This document shows, piece after piece, positions 3,776 through 5,906 of a stretch of 5,906 bases of DNA (positions are counted from its first letter, which is position 1; the number at the start of each line of letters is the position of its first letter). Below the pieces are notes generated by a model. The model had not been told where the DNA came from, did no database searches, and worked only from the letters and a program-made list of their open reading frames with translations. A program made the translations under genes and the position numbers. This stretch comes from Promethearchaeota archaeon (lineage in GTDB: Archaea; Asgardarchaeota; Odinarchaeia; Odinarchaeales; JBHLKK01): contig JBHLPL010000116.1 in NCBI GenBank assembly GCA_048939465.1, forward strand, positions 1-5,906, read 5' to 3'.

Positions 3776-5578
3776 ATGGCAGACATCAATGAGCTGTTCG
3801 ATATAATCGAAGAAGAGTTGAGCAACGGCAGAATAGAGAGTGCTATTGATCACATTAACGAAGCAATAGAACTTGGCCCTGATGATCATAGGTCTTATTA
3901 CCTTCTAGGCGAAGCCTACGTAAAGAGCAAAAAATATGATGATGCTATCAACGCTCTCACAAAATGCCTAGAGTTTTATCCTTCTGACAGAAGGGTAGAT
4001 TTTGAGATTACAGAGCTAATATATGATCTGGGAAAAATGCTAATTAGAAACAAAAGATATGACGATGCTAGAAAATGCCATCAACTACTCCTTCGCTGCA
4101 ATTCTAACGACTTCTATTTCAGGTCACTTTCCAGAAAAATAGACTACGTAAAGATGAGAGATCAGGGAAGTAGATTTAAAGACGCGATACATGTTTTGGA
4201 CCTGCTGGAGAAGTGCGAGGGATACTTTCGATTTGCTCAGTACCGTGAAGCAAATCCTGAAGGGTGGGTGGAGGAGACCCGAAATGTGCTTTCAGAAGCA
4301 GCCGAACTTGAGTTTCATTTCGATCTGGTATGGGAAGATATGGGTATATTCTACCAATTACTTCTCAGCTTTGATGAGGCAATTAGCAACTATAAGAAAG
4401 CTCTCGACCTTAATCCAAAAGGTGTAACCATCCTGAATCATTTAGGCACAGCGTATCACGAACGGGGCTACTATGAAGACGCTATCAAGCAGTACAATCA
4501 GGCCCTGAAAATAGATCCCGACTATGAGGAAGCCAAAAAAAACACACAAATTGCTGAAAGCATGATTCTGAGCAGAAAAGCGGATGAACATAGGCGTAGA
4601 GGGGAGTTCAAGGAGGCCGTAGCGCATTATAGAGAGAGTCTCAGTTTGGTTCCAGGTAACAGAAAAGTAGAGAGAAGTCTAAAAGAAGCAATCAATTCGC
4701 ATGCTGAGGCAGAAATTGAAAGAGGTAAGAGATTACTTAAAGAACAAAAAAACGATGAGGCCTTGATCTGCTTCAAAGAGGTATTAACCATAAAACCTGG
4801 TTATGAACCTGTTAAGGAGTGGATCAAGATAACGGAAGAAGCCCTAGCAACGGGGGAGTTGCTTTCCTCTGAAGCTGAGAAGCGCAAGGAAGAATTTGAA
4901 AAAAGCCTACACTACTTAGAAGCGATTGAAATACTGAGAGACACGACTACGGAAAGAGAAAGACGCGTAAGTGAATTGTCTTCGATAGTCTCTTCTTTCG
5001 ACATAGTTTTCGCAGAAAGTCTGCTGGCGGTAATCCAGAGCATGCTCAGAGATAGCAAAGGGAGCCAGGAAATCATAACGGAACTGGATAGAATACTCAG
5101 TAAGAAGCTGGATGAACTCAATTTTGTAGATGTGGAAGCAATACCCTCCGAGATACCTACGGGGGGCAAACCCAGGTCTCTGTACTTCGATCTTGACCTG
5201 AAGGAATCGATGAAAACCCTCCTGAAGCAACCTTCCTCGTTGCAGAAAATGGAGGAAATAAACCAGAATATCTGGGAACATTATGTTTCCCCCAAGGCAT
5301 TAAAAACAAGGTCTCCATGCAAAGAAAGGGGAATCAAACTTGTGGACAGGCGTGAAAATGGAGCATTTGGATATGAAATCTGGCTTTCAGAATCCGGAAG
5401 AATACTCCTAGGTGAGGTTGCTAATTACAGGTACACCAAGGATAGTAGCGGGGAAATAGACTCTGCAGAATGGTTTTTAGAAATGAAGGAAATTGACACC
5501 CACAATCCTCACGTGATACTTCATAAACATAAGATCAAGCAAAGAATCAAAGATCTTCTAGAGGGTACGAGTAGGTAA
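3776..5578 (+). CDS. Tetratricopeptide-repeat protein (about 7 TPRs) with a helical linker and an uncharacterised C-terminal alpha/beta domain, 600 aa
   Basis: SD AGGTGA at 3761-3766. TPR-type repeats include SYYLLGEAYVKSKKYDDAINALTKCLEFYP, EDMGIFYQLLLSFDEAISNYKKALDLNP and LNHLGTAYHERGYYEDAIKQYNQALKIDPDY. The C-terminal ~134 aa (5174-5575) are non-TPR. Confidence 0.9.
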   Translation: MADINELFDIIEEELSNGRIESAIDHINEAIELGPDDHRSYYLLGEAYVKSKKYDDAINALTKCLEFYPSDRRVDFEITELIYDLGKMLIRNKRYDDARKCHQLLLRCNSNDFYFRSLSRKIDYVKMRDQGSRFKDAIHVLDLLEKCEGYFRFAQYREANPEGWVEETRNVLSEAAELEFHFDLVWEDMGIFYQLLLSFDEAISNYKKALDLNPKGVTILNHLGTAYHERGYYEDAIKQYNQALKIDPDYEEAKKNTQIAESMILSRKADEHRRRGEFKEAVAHYRESLSLVPGNRKVERSLKEAINSHAEAEIERGKRLLKEQKNDEALICFKEVLTIKPGYEPVKEWIKITEEALATGELLSSEAEKRKEEFEKSLHYLEAIEILRDTTTERERRVSELSSIVSSFDIVFAESLLAVIQSMLRDSKGSQEIITELDRILSKKLDELNFVDVEAIPSEIPTGGKPRSLYFDLDLKESMKTLLKQPSSLQKMEEINQNIWEHYVSPKALKTRSPCKERGIKLVDRRENGAFGYEIWLSESGRILLGEVANYRYTKDSSGEIDSAEWFLEMKEIDTHNPHVILHKHKIKQRIKDLLEGTSR

Positions 5579-5597
5579 TCCTTTTTGATCGGAAGAA

Positions 5598-5906
5598 TCA
5601 CTCTGGTTCGTCTTTCTTGCTAATCTCTAACTTGACTTCTTGTATGCCTCCCTTGTTCCACTGATACGCCCGCAGCTCGTCTCTATTGCCAAACTGGTCT
5701 GCAATCAGCCAAGGCACGGGATTCACCTTCATATAAAACTCATCAGTGTCCGAGGGGTAAGGCGGTGCAGGGTGAGAGTGAAATATTCCTACAACATCCA
5801 TATTCTGTTCCTCGGCTTTCAAATAGATTCTGTAAAGCTCGTTTGGGTCTACCGCGAACCTTACAGCCGAATTTATAGTGTTTCTTAGAAAGACAACGTC
5901 CTTGAC
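5598..5906 (-). CDS. JAMM/MPN+ (Mov34/M67) zinc metalloprotease, desampylase-like; 5' end outside the window
   Basis: The frame is open to the window edge: VKDVVFLRNTINSAVRFAVDPNELYRIYLKAEEQNMDVVGIFHSHPAPPYPSDTD. It contains the JAMM motif H-S-H-P-x4-P-S-x2-D and the typical RF.vDP.E motif. The 5822 start in the ORF track is internal. Confidence 0.92.
   Translation of the reverse strand, partial: VKDVVFLRNTINSAVRFAVDPNELYRIYLKAEEQNMDVVGIFHSHPAPPYPSDTDEFYMKVNPVPWLIADQFGNRDELRAYQWNKGGIQEVKLEISKKDEPE

Noticed and set aside
761-5888. Remaining ORF-track entries (509-703, 761-1384, 1299-1487, 1864-2184, 2106-2417, 2377-2682, 3058-3318, 3140-3322, 4191-4427, 4442-4627, 4912-5169, 4916-5281, 5640-5888)
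   Set aside because: Antisense or out-of-frame shadows of well-supported genes, with no recognisable motifs.

Overview
Probably archaeal DNA, inferred from GAGGTG/AGGTGA Shine-Dalgarno (SD) motifs, TATA-like boxes and a JAMM protein; the lineage cannot be fixed from this window. Six protein-coding regions are supported: a partial DUF4760-like gene (+), an Ord/native amine dehydrogenase-like oxidoreductase (+), a HemL-like class III PLP aminotransferase (+, true start 1912), a small hypothetical (-), a 600-aa TPR protein with a possible RelE-like C-terminus (+), and a partial JAMM/MPN+ metalloprotease (-). The main unexplained signal lies in the two gaps flanking the dehydrogenase. Both carry minus-strand IS200/IS605-type right ends with TnpB omegaRNA-like scaffolds, but the window has no tnpA or tnpB. 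The second (1586..1911) looks like a complete 326-bp non-autonomous element with a left end, a scaffold and a doubled right end. Its inferred target TCAT is the reverse complement of the aminotransferase start ATGA. Removing it restores SD-7 nt-ATG, and its left end supplies a replacement SD. The first element's end supplies the stop codon of the upstream gene. Together these suggest a TnpB-guide-bearing mini-transposon that inserts at start/stop codons and repairs the translation signals it disrupts. This model is inference and needs comparative checks.
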